DNA from: Octopus sinensis | Lineage: Eukaryota | Direction: 5' to 3' | DNA: 64,000 nucleotides | NCBI RefSeq assembly: GCF_006345805.1 | Contig: NC_043006.1 | Span: 57,350,001 to 57,414,000, forward strand | In this document: piece by piece, positions 30,252 through 45,031 of the stretch | How the letters are laid out: every line of letters begins with the position of its first letter | How positions within the stretch are numbered: the first letter of the stretch is position 1 | Program-made: the position numbers and the translations under genes | The notes under the pieces: model-generated | Told to the model about the DNA's origin: nothing | Seen by the model: the letters and a program-made list of their open reading frames with translations, nothing else | Databases searched by the model: none

Positions 30252-31175
30252 TCCCGGGTTGAGTCGGGGTTAACCACAGTAAATAAGGTACTCAATACAT
30301 AGCAGAGTAAATTAATTTATTTTATAGAAGGAGCTTCTACAGGACTAGAACTGTTTCATTCAAAAGAAATCATTATATATATATATATACTTTATATGTG
30401 CGTCAGCAAGACTACCATTGGTTTCATGCAGAGAGAAATTTCTCAGCAATTATCAACCCGCCTACATGGAACGTTGATACTCGTCTCCATCTTGGATGTT
30501 AAACCACAAATAAAGAATATCTGTTCACCAGTGTGGTGTTGCGCATTCATTCTCAGTGTTCAGTGTTATCGTATGTATGTATGTATGTATGTATGTATGT
30601 ATGTATGTATGTATGTATGTATGTATAACTAATGTTCTTCATTCTTTTTCGGCAGATTGAGTACAACTTCAAATATTTACAGAGCCCTGAAGATGATTCC
30701 GGTGATTTTGAACGCAAACCGATGACTATTCTTAACGTAAGTATACATCTACAGAAGCTTCTAATCTAAACAAAACTACAGACATCTATTGACTCCTCTA
30801 GTCATAATGGGTCGTTGGATAATCATTTAGTTTCACCAAACCCAGGATCTCTGCAATCAATAACGACGCAATATTTGAATTATAGATCATAAGTGAATGA
30901 AATGATAGTCGATTTCTTGGTGTTCGTGTTGCTTTCTATCGCATTATGATTGATTACTCCAGCTAAGTAAAGTGAACTGTTGTCGACGGATTATCTTCAC
31001 GCGTTGATTTACATTAGCGATTGTGAGACAATATGACACATCGACCTTTCAGTAGATGTGTAACTATTTGGTCGGCTATGATATGCCCTTTCATTTTGAT
31101 AATTAAAAAAGGTTATGTACATATATATATTCATACATAAACAGAAAAACCGTCAGACAGACAGACAGACAGACA

Positions 31176-31234
<59 letters not shown>

Positions 31235-31805
31235 ACAGGCGGACGGACGGGTGGACAGCTAGACAGAGAGACTGACTGACAGACAGACAGACAGACAGAT
31301 AGATACATACATACATACATACATACATACATACATACATGCATACATACATGCATACATACATACATACATACATACATACATACATACATACATACAT
31401 ACATACATACATACATACATACATACATACATACATAGAGAAGAGGGTGAGAGAGACAGAGAGAAAGTATTGGACTAATAATTGTAGATTTATAATCTTT
31501 TTACCATTTATCTTCGTTTGTCAATCCAAGTCGTTGGATTATATATTTATAAAGTCCAATAATTGCACTAAAGAAACTTGAATGTATTAAGATGATGTTG
31601 AAGGATTATAAGATAACTCTTACTAAATAGTTTCTGTTACACTCTTTACAAGAATTGAAGGAATCCAGATGTAAATGCCTTTTACTTTTTGCTTTTTACA
31701 GGAAATGGTTAAATATGGCCGCGTGGACTGCCTTAGCCATCCTTTAACTATAAATTACTTATCAATGAAGTGGTAAGCACATTTTTAACTTATATACTTT
31801 ATATA

Positions 31806-31847
<42 letters not shown>

Positions 31848-32499
31848 TTCGATACACATAAGGGGTGAAATATAATTAATTTAATAAAATTAATAAATTT
31901 CACCTAGTAGTTTTTTCGGTATGGAGATGACCATATTCGGTAAGGATTATATATAATTATAATAAAGGGTTAATTGCAACAAGTTGCTGAAACCACAAAC
32001 CGAAAATATTAGAAATAGCAGCCAAATAGGTTACCATTACTACTACTAGAAAAATAAGTATCCACAAACAAACAGAATTTGTAACCCGTATATGGTAAAG
32101 AGAAAGAAGATAACGAAATCACAGCCTACTTGGATCAATTATGGACGAATTCGTTTCTGGATTAGAATCGAAAATTCATTTCCTAATCAACATAATATTT
32201 CCTATAAATCTAGAAATGCTAGGAAAAAACTCACCCATCATATTAATTCGACCAGGTGACATCGAACGATATAACGGTCTGCCAGCATCTCCACATTTAT
32301 ATAAACAGGCGAATTCGTATCTCCCTCCAAAATTTCACCACGTGAGTTACAAAAACAGTACCACCGAAACGGAGTTTCGCAGATTCATTGTATGGGAGTA
32401 ATAGCATTCGATACACATGTGGGGTGGAATATAATTAATTTAATAAAATTAATAAATTCCACCTAGTAGTTTTTTCGGTATATATATATGTATATGTAT

Positions 32500-32549
<50 letters not shown>

Positions 32550-33068
32550 TAATAAATATTAGGGAATAAATCCAAACTTACAGGGAAAAATCAGATTTAG
32601 GATTGAATCCAATTTTATAGTAAAATATTATATTATATTAAATTAGAGACAAAACCACTATTAGGCAAATCAAACAATGAAAAACTTAAGCCAATACATA
32701 AGATTATTTAATTTATATTATTTAAATATATAACAAAATTATCAAAAAATATAATTAATATCACACTACGATCGTTTCATGCCTGCTAACTTCTTCAAAT
32801 TTTTGAGTCACAGTCATTCATCAGGTGGTTTAAATATTTATCTTGGCGGTTTAAACCTCGTCAAGATAAATATTTAAACCACCTGATGAATGACTGTGAC
32901 TCAAAAATTTGAAGAAGTTAGCAGGCATGAAACGATCGTAGTGTGATATTAATTATATTTTTTAATAATTTTGTTATATATTTAAATAATATAAATTAAA
33001 TAATCTTATGTATTGGCTTAAGTTTTTCATTATTTGATTTGCCTAATAGTGGTTTTGTCTCTAATTTA

Positions 33069-33099
<31 letters not shown>

Positions 33100-36044
33100 G
33101 TTTATATATATATCTACATACATACACACATGCACACACACGCACACACACACGCGCATGCAACAACATATTAGTCAAGCACTAAACGTGCTTGACCCAA
33201 CAAGATGTTGGGCCGAGCTCAAATGAGCCTTAACTATAATTCCGTAACCTCACTGATCATTAGAAATATCTATTTCTCAATTTTTTAATTTCCATTAACT
33301 TTCTTAAACTTGGTTAAAATTGCATATACTTTGTGTTAAACTATTCATTGTATTACAACCTTTGCTTTCATATAATTTTTATAGCATAATAATTAATAAT
33401 TATAATAAAAATTGGATCTTTTCGATTTGAACGGCAGTTTTTAAAAATAATTTCTAGGTAACTAAAAAATTTTAAACTTTGTATACTGGTAGAATGTGTT
33501 TATAAAACATCTTTTTCTCTTGGCTTTATTGAGAAAATTCTATGGTTTGTAAGATATTTGTTGTTTTTTTTTTTTTTTTGCTTCAATTTCTGCAATTTCA
33601 ACCAATCAAATACGTCTATTGAGGTAAAAAAAAAAAAAAACATTCTGTGCCGTATGAATATGTCCCTCGTTTAAGAAACAGATTGGGTTTATTTACATTT
33701 GTGAAGAAAAAAAGATACCCTTCCCCCACCCCTAACCCTAACCCTAACTAACCCTAACCCTAAAACAGATTGAAATGCAATAGATCGATGCTAGGGTCAT
33801 AATTATGGGTGACAATTTCATGACATCGCTAGAAAAAAACTGCCGTTCAACCCGAAAAGATCCTAAAAATTTTTTAACATTATTTTCTCAAGACCCTCTT
33901 CCTATTCACATTTCGCTCGGCACTCTATTTTACTTTTACTTATCTTTTCCCACTCTTCTTTCTGTTTGTTTACCCTCTCTCCCACTTATTCTCCTCCCCT
34001 TTCTATCAGTTATCTCCTCTTTATATATCTATCTTTCTGACTGTCTATCTGTCGGTCTCTCCGTCTTCCTTTCTCTCTCTTCCTCTCTCTCTCCCTCTCT
34101 CTCTCTCCCTCTTTTTCTCTCTCTCTTTCTATCTCTATCTTTCTCTGTCTTTCTCTATCTTTTTGTCTGCATTTCCCTCTTACATTCTTCCTTCTCCTAC
34201 TGCCGTAACTCCCTCTCTTTCTCTCTTACATGCTTCTCCCGAACATGCTTTGCTACCCTTTCTTTCTTGTCTACTCTGCCTATTCCTCTCTACCTCACAC
34301 CACTAGAGAAGTTAAACTGCCAATCGGGTCATATCTTCTCTCTGGTTATGTCTTGTCTCGGATCTTTTCGGTTTGAACGGCAGTTTTTTCTAGCGGTGTC
34401 ATATGAAATTGTCACCCATAATTATGACCCTAGAATCAATCTATTGCATTTCAATCTATTTTAGGGTTAGGGTTAGAGTTAGGGTTAGTTAGGGTTAGGG
34501 TTAGGGGTGGGGGAAGGGTATCTTTTTTCTTCACAAATGTAAATAAACCCAATCTGTTTCTTAAACGATGGACATTTTCATACGGCACAGAATGTTTTCA
34601 CCTCAATAGACGGTCACTGATTGGTTGAAATTGCAGAAATTGAAGAAAAACAACAGCAAATATCTTACAAACTATAGAATTTTCTCAATAAAGCCAAGAG
34701 AAAAAGATGTTTTATAAACACATTCTACCAGTATACGAAGTTTAAAAGTGTTTAGTTACGTGGAAATTATTTTTAAAAACTGCCGTTCAAACCGAAAAAA
34801 ATTTCTTACTTTATGGAAAAGGAGTTCAACAAAATGTTCAAACCTTAAATTTTTCTTTAAAAAAAGTTGTTGTTTTACAGGAAAAGGCTTAATAATACGT
34901 TGAGCCTTCAAAAGCTAGAAACTAGAATCGAAAAAGTAAAAAAATTTAATTGATATTTGGATGCACTTTTTGAAAAAATAATAGTTTTTTTTAGTAATAA
35001 ACTCTTCTCTTTTATTCCTTCTCTTGCTTTTTCTTTTCTCTCCTCCATTCCATTTTTCAATCCTTTCTCTTCACCTGGGTCATCAACCTTCTTCCTAGAC
35101 CTATCTCTCTTTCATGTTTCTTCTTTCTCCCCCTCTCTCCCTCTCACTGACTCGCTCTCCCTCTTTCTCTTCCTCTCTCTCCCTCTCTCTCCCTTTCCAT
35201 CTCTCTCTCCCTTTCCATCTCTCTCACCCTCTCTCTCTTCTTTTCTTTTTCTATCTTCTTCCTTATTTCTTTTTCTCTTCTTTATTCCCTCATTCGCCGC
35301 CTTCCATCTGTCCTCTTCAAATAGCTCATTATCCTTCTTCCGGGACCTATCTTTGTTTCATGTTTCTCTTCTCCCCCCCCCCTTATATTTTCACTTTTCT
35401 CTCCACCATTCCATTATTTATCTCCTTCCGTCCTTAATCCCAATCAAAGGCTTCTCTTGTGCTTCTAAAAGTAATTATACAGTAGCAGCGCGATAAAGTG
35501 ATGGTTTGTTGCCAACTTAATGTTGCAGTCTCAGGAAAGGGAAGAATGCTACTGCTATTTAGCCCCAGGAAACATCGTTTCTAGCTGGTTACGTGACACA
35601 AGCGTTCTGTGTCCTAAGTTTTTCAAACAGAGGAGATAAGCACCTCCATCCTGCAAATCCAGAAAAATTTAAAGTTTGAACATTTTGTTGAAGGCTTTTT
35701 CTGTAAAACAGGAATTTTTTGTTCCATTTAAATATACAAACTTATATTTCGTTTTTAGAAGCATTGAATGTGTATTGTATTATTCAGACAAGAAAGTAAT
35801 ATTTCCAGCGCACGGCCAGTTTAGCTTAATGGTAGGGTACTCAGCCGTTTTCTGAGAGATGCAGGTACGAGTCCTGTAGCTGTTTCTTGACACCTTTTTT
35901 TCCGACTTGCAAGGGTAATAACACCCAATTTTTCTACTGTTTTCTCGGCGATACTCCCTTCGAAATATTACTTTCTTGTCTGTATAATTTATATATATAT
36001 ATATATGTGAGTGTGTATGAGTATGTATGTATGTGTGTGTGTGT

Positions 36045-36090
<46 letters not shown>

Positions 36091-38673
36091 CTATCTACGT
36101 GTGTGTACTTTCTTTGTGTCTTTGTCCCCCACTACCGCTTGACAACTGGTGTTAACTTACGACGGAATACATCGTTACGTTAATGTTGGTTGCTTATCAT
36201 TTTCAGGGAAACGCACTCTCTGCTCATCTGTTCTCGAAACAGCGGTTAGGTACAATCTGCACACGTTACTTCCTCTTCATGTCCTATACTCATGTAACAA
36301 CTCAACCCTGGTATTTAAATACATATATGTCATAAGGTAACCTGATACCAATTTTCTTCCTTGTCAACTGGAAAACTGTCTATGGCCAATCGTCATTATG
36401 CAGCTTAATATCTCTGGAGTTGGAGTTTTAAGCACCAAGTCAAACTGAGCACATCATCAGATGTAATATCACCTGAATTATATATATATATATATTATAT
36501 ATATATATATATATATACATACATACATACATGCATGCATGCATACATACATACATACATACATACATACATACATACATACATACATACATACATACAC
36601 ATGATTATATTTTATATATATTGGGTCATCCCATAAATTATGCGGGTTTTTCAATTGCATGAACTTAAAATCGGAGGGAGACGGGATAAACTACTTGCAT
36701 CAACTTGCTATAAAAGGAGGTAGTGATTTTACCTTGTTCTTATTTTTAGTGCAAGTTTTGAAGAGTGCAGCTCGATTTTAACAGTTATTTTTTCAAAGCC
36801 ATAATGGAAGTGACTAAGGAGCATATTCGGCATATTTTGCTTTATGAGTTTAATTAAGGCAACAACACAATGGAAAGAGAGAGGAATATTAATGCAGTAT
36901 ATGAGGATCGGAGAATAAGCGTAAACCAGTGTCAATGGTGGTTCCAGAAATTTCGAGCCGGAAACTACAGCCTAGAAGACGAGACTCGTCCTGGAAGATC
37001 TGTAGAGCTCGACGAGGACGTCCTGCAAATCCTGGTGGAACAAAATCTTATTGTAACTGTTAAGGAAGTAGTATTTGGTCATTCAACCATTCATCGACAC
37101 ATGCATGCCAGCGGAATAGTCAGCAAATTGGGTCTATGGGTTCCTCACAAACTTTCCGAGTCTAATCGCACAGAGAGAGTGAATATGTGCTCTTTTTTGC
37201 TGTCACGTCTCACGAATGAACCTTTTTTGGACCGAATAGTGACTGGTAACGAGAAATGGGTTCTCTATTAAAATGTCAAGCGCCGAAGACAGTGGGTAGG
37301 GAAAGGAGAAATACTGGCACCCCAAGCTAAAGAAGGTCTTCACCCACGTAAGGTGTTGTTATCTGTTTGGTGGGATATGAAAGGTTTAGTTCACTTTGAA
37401 CTTTTAAACCCAAATCAAGCAATAACAAAGGAGCTCTACTGCGAGCAGCTGGAACGGCTTAAGTCAGCGCTAGAAGAAAAACGACCATCTTTGGTTCCAA
37501 GACGAAAGGTGTTCTTCCATCATGATAATGCTCGGTCACATACAGCAAGGATGACATTCCAAAAGACTGGAGCAGTTTGAATGGGAAACGATGCCCACTC
37601 ACTATATTCACCAGGCATTGCTCCATGTGAATTATCATTTATTCCGCAGTCTTCGAAATTATTCGGAGGATAAAAATATGAATTCTGTAGACGAGGTCGG
37701 AACAGTACTGGAGGAGTATTTTGGAAGTAAATTTTGGAAGAGCGCCTTACAAGTCTACCAGATAGATGGAAGAGCATTGTAGAAAATGAAGGAGTGTATA
37801 TTTTAGATTAAAAAGGAACTTTGTTTAACTTAATTTTAAAAATAAAAGTATATTTATGGGATGACCCAATATATATATTCTTTTATTTTTTTATTTGTTT
37901 CAGTCATTTGACTGCGACCATGTTGGAACACCACCTTTAGTCGAACAAATCGACCCCAGGACTTATTCTTAGTAAACCTAGTACTTATTCTATCGGTCAC
38001 TTTTGCCGAACCGCTAGATTACAGGGACGTAAACACACTAGCATCGGTTGTCAAGCGATGGTGATGGGGACAAACGCAAACATATATATATATGTGTGTG
38101 TGTGTATGTGTGTGTGTGTGTGTATGTGTGTGTGTATGTATGCTTCCAAATCCACTCACAAGGCTTTGGTCGGCCCGAGGTTATAATAGAAACACTTGTC
38201 CAAGGTGCCACGCAGCGGAACTGAACCCGGAACCATGTGGTTGGTAAACAAGCTGCTTACCACACAGCCACTCCTATACATACATGGGTCTCAGTGTATG
38301 TATATATATATGCTTTGTGTTGATATTCACCATGTCTTCAATATAATCACAATATATTTACAATATATATATTGCTTCATATCAAAACTGAGTGTCGATT
38401 TTTCTTTCCTTTTCTACAAGGATGGCGTATGGTCTTCCGATATCCTTAACCAGCTATTTTTTCTACATCATATACATGGTTTCCCTGTCAATTTTCGCCC
38501 TCACGAACAAACAGATTGAGAAGAACTCCACATCTTTCAGTTATGAAACCTTTCATCACGTATGTTATGTTAAATATAACAATCATTTCATAATGTAATT
38601 TTTTGCCAATTCGGCTACTTTGACATATAATGATGGTTACTAATCAAATAATTCTTTTTCAGTACCAATTATT

Positions 38674-38737
<64 letters not shown>

Positions 38738-39780
38738 GTATATAGACCTGAACATAAGCTTCAAGGTTCATCCAAGACTGGGACCACGGGCCATACGTCC
38801 CCTGTCCAATTCAAGATCACAGCATACTTATACACTACAACATAATTTCTTTTCCTCAACAGGCCCTGCCCTATTTAACATTGTCCCGAAAGAGATCAAA
38901 GAGGAACAGGATCCCATCAACTTTAAACGGAGTCTGGATAGATTCCTTCAAAGAATACCAGATAAGCCACCCATAATTGGATACAACTCACCCAACAAAA
39001 ACTCACTACTTGAATGGACCATAAGCAAAACTTGACTTAAACAGGATTCAAATAATCCTATCAGGTGGTGCTATTAAGTTAGACATGGCCTGGACCAATC
39101 ATTGGTCGAAACACATCTAAGTTTATCTAAGTTTATATATATATATATATATATAAACAATTGCCGCGTGGAAGGTGTTTATAAGCCATTTAAGAAACAC
39201 ACAAAAACCGTTAGATTCACTTCAACATTTAAATTTAATTTGTCAAAATATTTTCGTCGCTTTGAGACCGCGACCTGTTCACTGACAAAACTTCCTACTG
39301 CATCTATCTAGCCAAAATGCATGTTGTGCAGTTGATTTGCCTTGATTAGATTCAATTGATTCCCTCTTTTTTCACTATAATTTTTATTCGAATATATATT
39401 TCTTTGTCATTGTTTTATCATCACTGTCTTTTCATCACTATTACATATAATAATTTTCATTCCTACATATTATTAATTTATATGCCTGTTTATAGGCATA
39501 AGTCACGTTTTTGCCGAACTTACTTTCTGGGCACGTAACCACATCAACACCGAGGCTATGATAGAAGATATTTGCCCGAGGTACCATGCGATGGGGCTGA
39601 ACCCGGAACTATGTAGTTAAGAAGCAAACTGCTTACTACACAGCCACGTTTGTGCATATATATATATATTATATATATATATATACAGAGAGAGAGAGAG
39701 AGAGTAAAAGAGAGAGAAAACAGACAAACAGATACACTTGCATACATACATATATATATATATATATCTATATATATATA

Positions 39781-39827
<47 letters not shown>

Positions 39828-40059
39828 AATAAAATAGAACATATGCATATATATAAACATATATGTACGTACCTACCTCTACATGTACATATACACGCAT
39901 ATATGTGTACAGGACACCAAAAAGACGTCGAACACATAGAGAGACGAAACACATAGACACAAACCAAGGAACAAGACAAGCAAAAAAAAGAGAGATACAG
40001 GACAATAAGCACAACGAAAAATCCCCTTCTTCAGTCGCTAAGGTTTCATCTACTAAACG

Positions 40060-40094
<35 letters not shown>

Positions 40095-41906
40095 CCTTCA
40101 TGCATATACATGCACACATATTCTTCTCATTTTTGACATGAGAAAATCTTAAACACATAGTTGATTTGAGAATGTGAGCTTCTTTATAAAAGCAAATAGT
40201 TCTCAGAAATTATCGTGTGAGGTGGGTTTTTTTAAAGGCCTACTTTTGCTGTTTTTTCTTTCTTTCTTTAAGCCTTTTGTTGTTGTTCTTATTCTAGAAA
40301 ACGCTCCTTTAACTGGCATCTAGCTTTAGCATGCCTACATTTCATATGTCACCGTTGTAGTTTTACTCACCACAAAAATTTATTGTATAGCCAACGTCCA
40401 AATTGTCATCACGTTCCGACTGCATTTTGCAAACAAGTTAGCTGTAACTAGCAGTTATTAGTAGGGTGTGTTCAAAGTAGAGTAACAACCGTCTTCTTCA
40501 GTTTTGAATATCAAAAGTTAACAGACCGGCTTAGGAATATCATTGGATCTGTCCAGCGCTTCTCATCACTTTGACATTTAGTGAATATGTTTTCTTTTAA
40601 AACTTTATAGTAATATTCGACACAATCACTGACATTTTTTACTTTGCGACCGTTAGATTTAAACAAATGCGATGAAAATATGTGCGGGCTGGGAGTGGAG
40701 AGAATTAAAGACCAGAATCTAGTTTGTGGACAAAAAGCTTTGTTACTTAAAGCTTGATTTTTTTCAATAGGAAGACAGAAATGAAAGAACGACTCCAAGG
40801 TAGTCTAGCACCAATGTGAGAAAGGAAAACTTTGTAGGCGCTCTTCCTTAAGCAAGTCTACGAATTTTGTCGATGTTGTTCTCTAGCCTTAGGTAATCCC
40901 TGGCCACGTAGACCTATGGTTAAAAGCATTCTGGTCATGGCCATCCTGTCTTATTTTCTATCAAAAGCTGTCTAGGAAGACGGTTGGATGTGATTTAAGC
41001 GAGATTTCGTTACTATTTCTAGTCTCCCTAGTGGATTCATCAAGTTAATGCTAATTTTAGAATTAATCACTTTGTGTGAATAGCCAATACATTGTCCCTT
41101 ACAATGCAAAATATTTCGTTAAAATTGGAATATTTCATGCCTAAACAATTTTTTCTTCTTGAAAGAGAATATTTTTCTTTAAAATTGTTTCTTTCTCTTT
41201 CTTTCAGAATCATCAAAACTATTTCCTTAGTACCATAATAGTGGCTTACAGTCTTATTAATATTGTCCGTGCAATCGTACAATTAATTCAACAGGTTGGT
41301 ATAGTCTAAGCTTTCATATTCGAAAGGATAATATGTCAATTTTCTAAAACCATACTCAACAGTACTTGCTTCAGTTTCAGAACAATATTCCAGTTAATGT
41401 TACGTTCCGAGTTCGAATTCCGCCGAGATCGACTTTGCCTTTCATCCTTTCGGGGTCGATAAATTAAGCACTAGTTGCGTACTGGGGTCAATCTAATCGA
41501 CTGGCCCCCTCCCAAAAAATTTCGGGCCTTTTGCCTAGAGTAGAAAAGAATATTCTAGTTAATGTGTCAAAATTAACTTATCCAGCCGACAGGTCTGCCT
41601 TATCCGTCGTTGATGTACTGAAGTACTTACAGACAACAACGTCTACTTTGTCATTCATTCCAAGCATTCCATTTCATGGAAGAAGGCAAATGAAAGAAGT
41701 GGGAAGGGAAAAAAAACTTTATCTTCGGTTTTCAGCTCCTGGTGGAATCGTTGGCGTATCATTATGAAATCAATGTGTCTTGCGCTTCTAAATCTGGCAG
41801 ATACTATCCCGATCCGGGTTTGACGACAGCCAATTTTTTTCCAAGGATTAAGACAGAGAGGAATAGAAGGAGAGGGAGAGACGAGAGGGGGAAAGAGGAG
41901 GGACGA

Positions 41907-41945
<39 letters not shown>

Positions 41946-42835
41946 AAAAACGATGAAGAGTCACTCCCAGTATTACAACGTTACTTTAGCGGCTCCAGAG
42001 AGATGAAAGACAAAAACAGATCACGGCAGGATTTGAACCCGGAAAATAAAGAGTCGGAACAATTATCAGAAAAAAAGAAAATGTTCGCCAATCTAACGAT
42101 TCTGCCAGTCTACCATATCACTTATGTTTAACATTAAGACTAAGCCTGAAATTTGGAGGAAGCGAGCTGTCTACAGCATCGACCTGATCGCTCCTGGCAT
42201 TTAATTTTATAGGATATTTGTATGAATATATTGGAGTGGGGATAAATATGAAAATAATTGTGTGCGTGTAATTTTTTTCACAAATATTAAGATTTTCATG
42301 TAATTAACCTTCCATTAATAACTACTTCTCTTTCAGAGACTAAACCATCTATTCGAAGGAAGTGTCGTACTGGAATTGTTCCTTCATGTTTTGACATTGA
42401 TTTTCATCTGTCCATTTCTGATTGATACTAAATTCGATTCATTTCAATGGGAAGCTGGTATTTTTGCCATTTTCATTGCCTGGTTCAATTCTCTCTTATA
42501 TTTGCAAAGGTAATGCTTATCTTTCTTTTCGTCTTTTTCATGATATACTGTTCACATATACTCATAAAATTGAGTCAGAGATTACCTCCCCTTGTCACTG
42601 GCGTAGTAGAAGTAATAATAATCATTTCTACTGAAGGCACAAGGCCTGGAATTTTGGGGGAAGGGGAAGAGTCGAATACATCGATTCCAGTGTTTCACTG
42701 GTACTTAATTTATCGACCCCGAAAGGATGAAAGGCTAAGTCGACCTCGGCGGAACTTGAACTCACAACGTAACGGCAGACGAAATACTGCTAAGCATTTC
42801 GCCCGGCATGCAAACAATTTTGCCAGCTCGCCGTC

Positions 42836-42886
<51 letters not shown>

Positions 42887-44393
42887 TCCTGCTTTACTGC
42901 TCTTAGATATCTTTGCATGACCTTACTATTTGGTTTTCATAAAGACACACACATGTACACAATATACATTACACACACACACACACACATACAAACATAT
43001 ATATACATACATGCATTCATACACACATACATACATACATACATACATACATACATACATACATACAACATACATACATACACATACATACATACTACAT
43101 ACATACATACATACATACATACATACATACATACATACATACTACATACATACATACAACATACATACATACATAATACATACATACATACATACATACA
43201 TACATACATACATACATACATACATACATACATACATACATACATACATACATACATACATACATACATACATACATACATACATACATACATACATACA
43301 TACATACAACATACATACATACATACATACATACATACATCATACATACATACATACATACATACATACATACATACATACATACATACATACATACATA
43401 CATACATACATACATACATACATAACGATTATTTACATATTTAGTTTAAATAGTCCTGGCAGGTTCGAGCGCAAAATATGCTGGTCGCTTTAAGAGAACA
43501 TTATAGGAAAACAACTTCCTTTTACGACGACAACGTGTTCACAAGACACTCGGCTCGTTGGTCCGGGTACTCTTGGTTCAGGAAGCAGGACGTGTCGAAA
43601 CACCAACGTTCTAGAACCCCTTGCACAGGTGAGTCGTATGTGTTATGAATACATAGTCATCGTAAAAGGGAAAGGTTGTTTTTCCCATTACGTACACAAC
43701 AGTGACCAGAATATTTTGCGTTCTAACCTGCCTGGACTTACTGAATGGTTTCACATCTCCTTGTACACGGTGAAAATAATATTGTGATTTCGTTCAGACA
43801 TAGTGATACTAAATAGTTGTTAGGGAAGCACTCCGTCGGTTACGACGACGAGGGTTCCGGTTGATCCGATCAACGGAACAGCCTGCTCGTGAAATTAACG
43901 TGTAAGTGGCTGAGCACTCCACAGACACGTGTACCCTTAACGTAGTTCTCGGGGATATTCAGCGTGACACAGAGAGTCACCTTTGGAATACAGGTGCAAC
44001 AGAAACAGGAAGTAAGAGTGAGAAAGTTGTGGTGAAAGAGTACAGCATGGATCACCACCATCCCTGCCGGAGCCTCGTGGAGCTTTAGGTGTTTTCGCTC
44101 AATAAACACTCAGAACGCCCGGTCTAGGAATCGAAACCGCGATCCTACGACCACGAGTCGGCTGCCCTAACCACTGGGCCATTGCGCCTCCACAAATAGT
44201 TGTTAGAATTCAATATATACATATGTACTCAACTAACACTTTGTTCTGAAACACGTATACTGAGTTCCGCACCAGGTCATTAGTTTCGTAATGCCTTAGT
44301 GATATATATGTGTGTGTGTGTGTGTGGTGTGTGTGTGTGTGTGTGTGTGTGTAAGTATGTATATATATATATATATATTATATATATATATAT

Positions 44394-44456
<63 letters not shown>

Positions 44457-44759
44457 TAGATGTTGATATAGACGAAAGACACCTATTATTATGTCCTGTT
44501 ATTTGTATTTGTGTAAAATTCTCCGTTTTTTCCCGTCCTTGTTTTCGTATATATTCGCTGCTTCCTTCCAAGGAATCTAATGCTTAGTTTTCCTTGGGGC
44601 TGGCCAGATTGGAGCAATCTCGCGTATAACCAGCCGAAATTGCAAAGAAAACTCCGAATGACCCGTCCTTGTTTTCTTTGTATCGTCTATCTGGATGTTT
44701 TGTTGTCCCTTTTTTGTATCAGCTGTCTGGATGTTATATATATATATATATATATATAT

Positions 44760-44796
<37 letters not shown>

Positions 44797-44984
44797 CCAT
44801 TATCATCTTCGTTTAACGTCCGCCTTCCATACTAGCATGAGTGGGACGGTTTCACAAAAGCCACCGAGACCGAAGCCTGCACCAGACTTCTGTGACTGTT
44901 TTGGCGGGATTTTTACAGCTGGATGCCCTTTCTAACACCAACCAACAGGTGTTTTGCTGTAGAGGAAGTACAAGGTTGCCCGGC

Positions 44985-45031
<47 letters not shown>

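Larger units (their letters stand above)
32630..33076. repeat. long palindrome (~215-bp arms, ~15-nt loop) of a PLE-type terminus between (TA)n tracts
   Basis: 32630-32846 is the near-exact reverse complement of 32861-33076. Confidence 0.93.

Noticed and set aside
33728-33763. (CCCTAA)n as an interstitial telomere or fusion site
   Set aside because: Only about five units, internal to a MITE that is present twice.
33805-35496. Long hydrophobic ORFs of 219 and 179 aa resembling membrane proteins
   Set aside because: They come from CT-rich low-complexity tracts and MITE sequence.
35814-35885. Functional tRNA gene (GTT anticodon)
   Set aside because: The T-loop lacks TTC, the anticodon loop lacks U33 and purine 37, and the acceptor stem is imperfect; kept only as a pseudo-tRNA.
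39095-39120. Stem followed by GAAAC, resembling a hammerhead 3' half
   Set aside because: No CUGANGA core; better explained as a LINE 3' recognition stem-loop.
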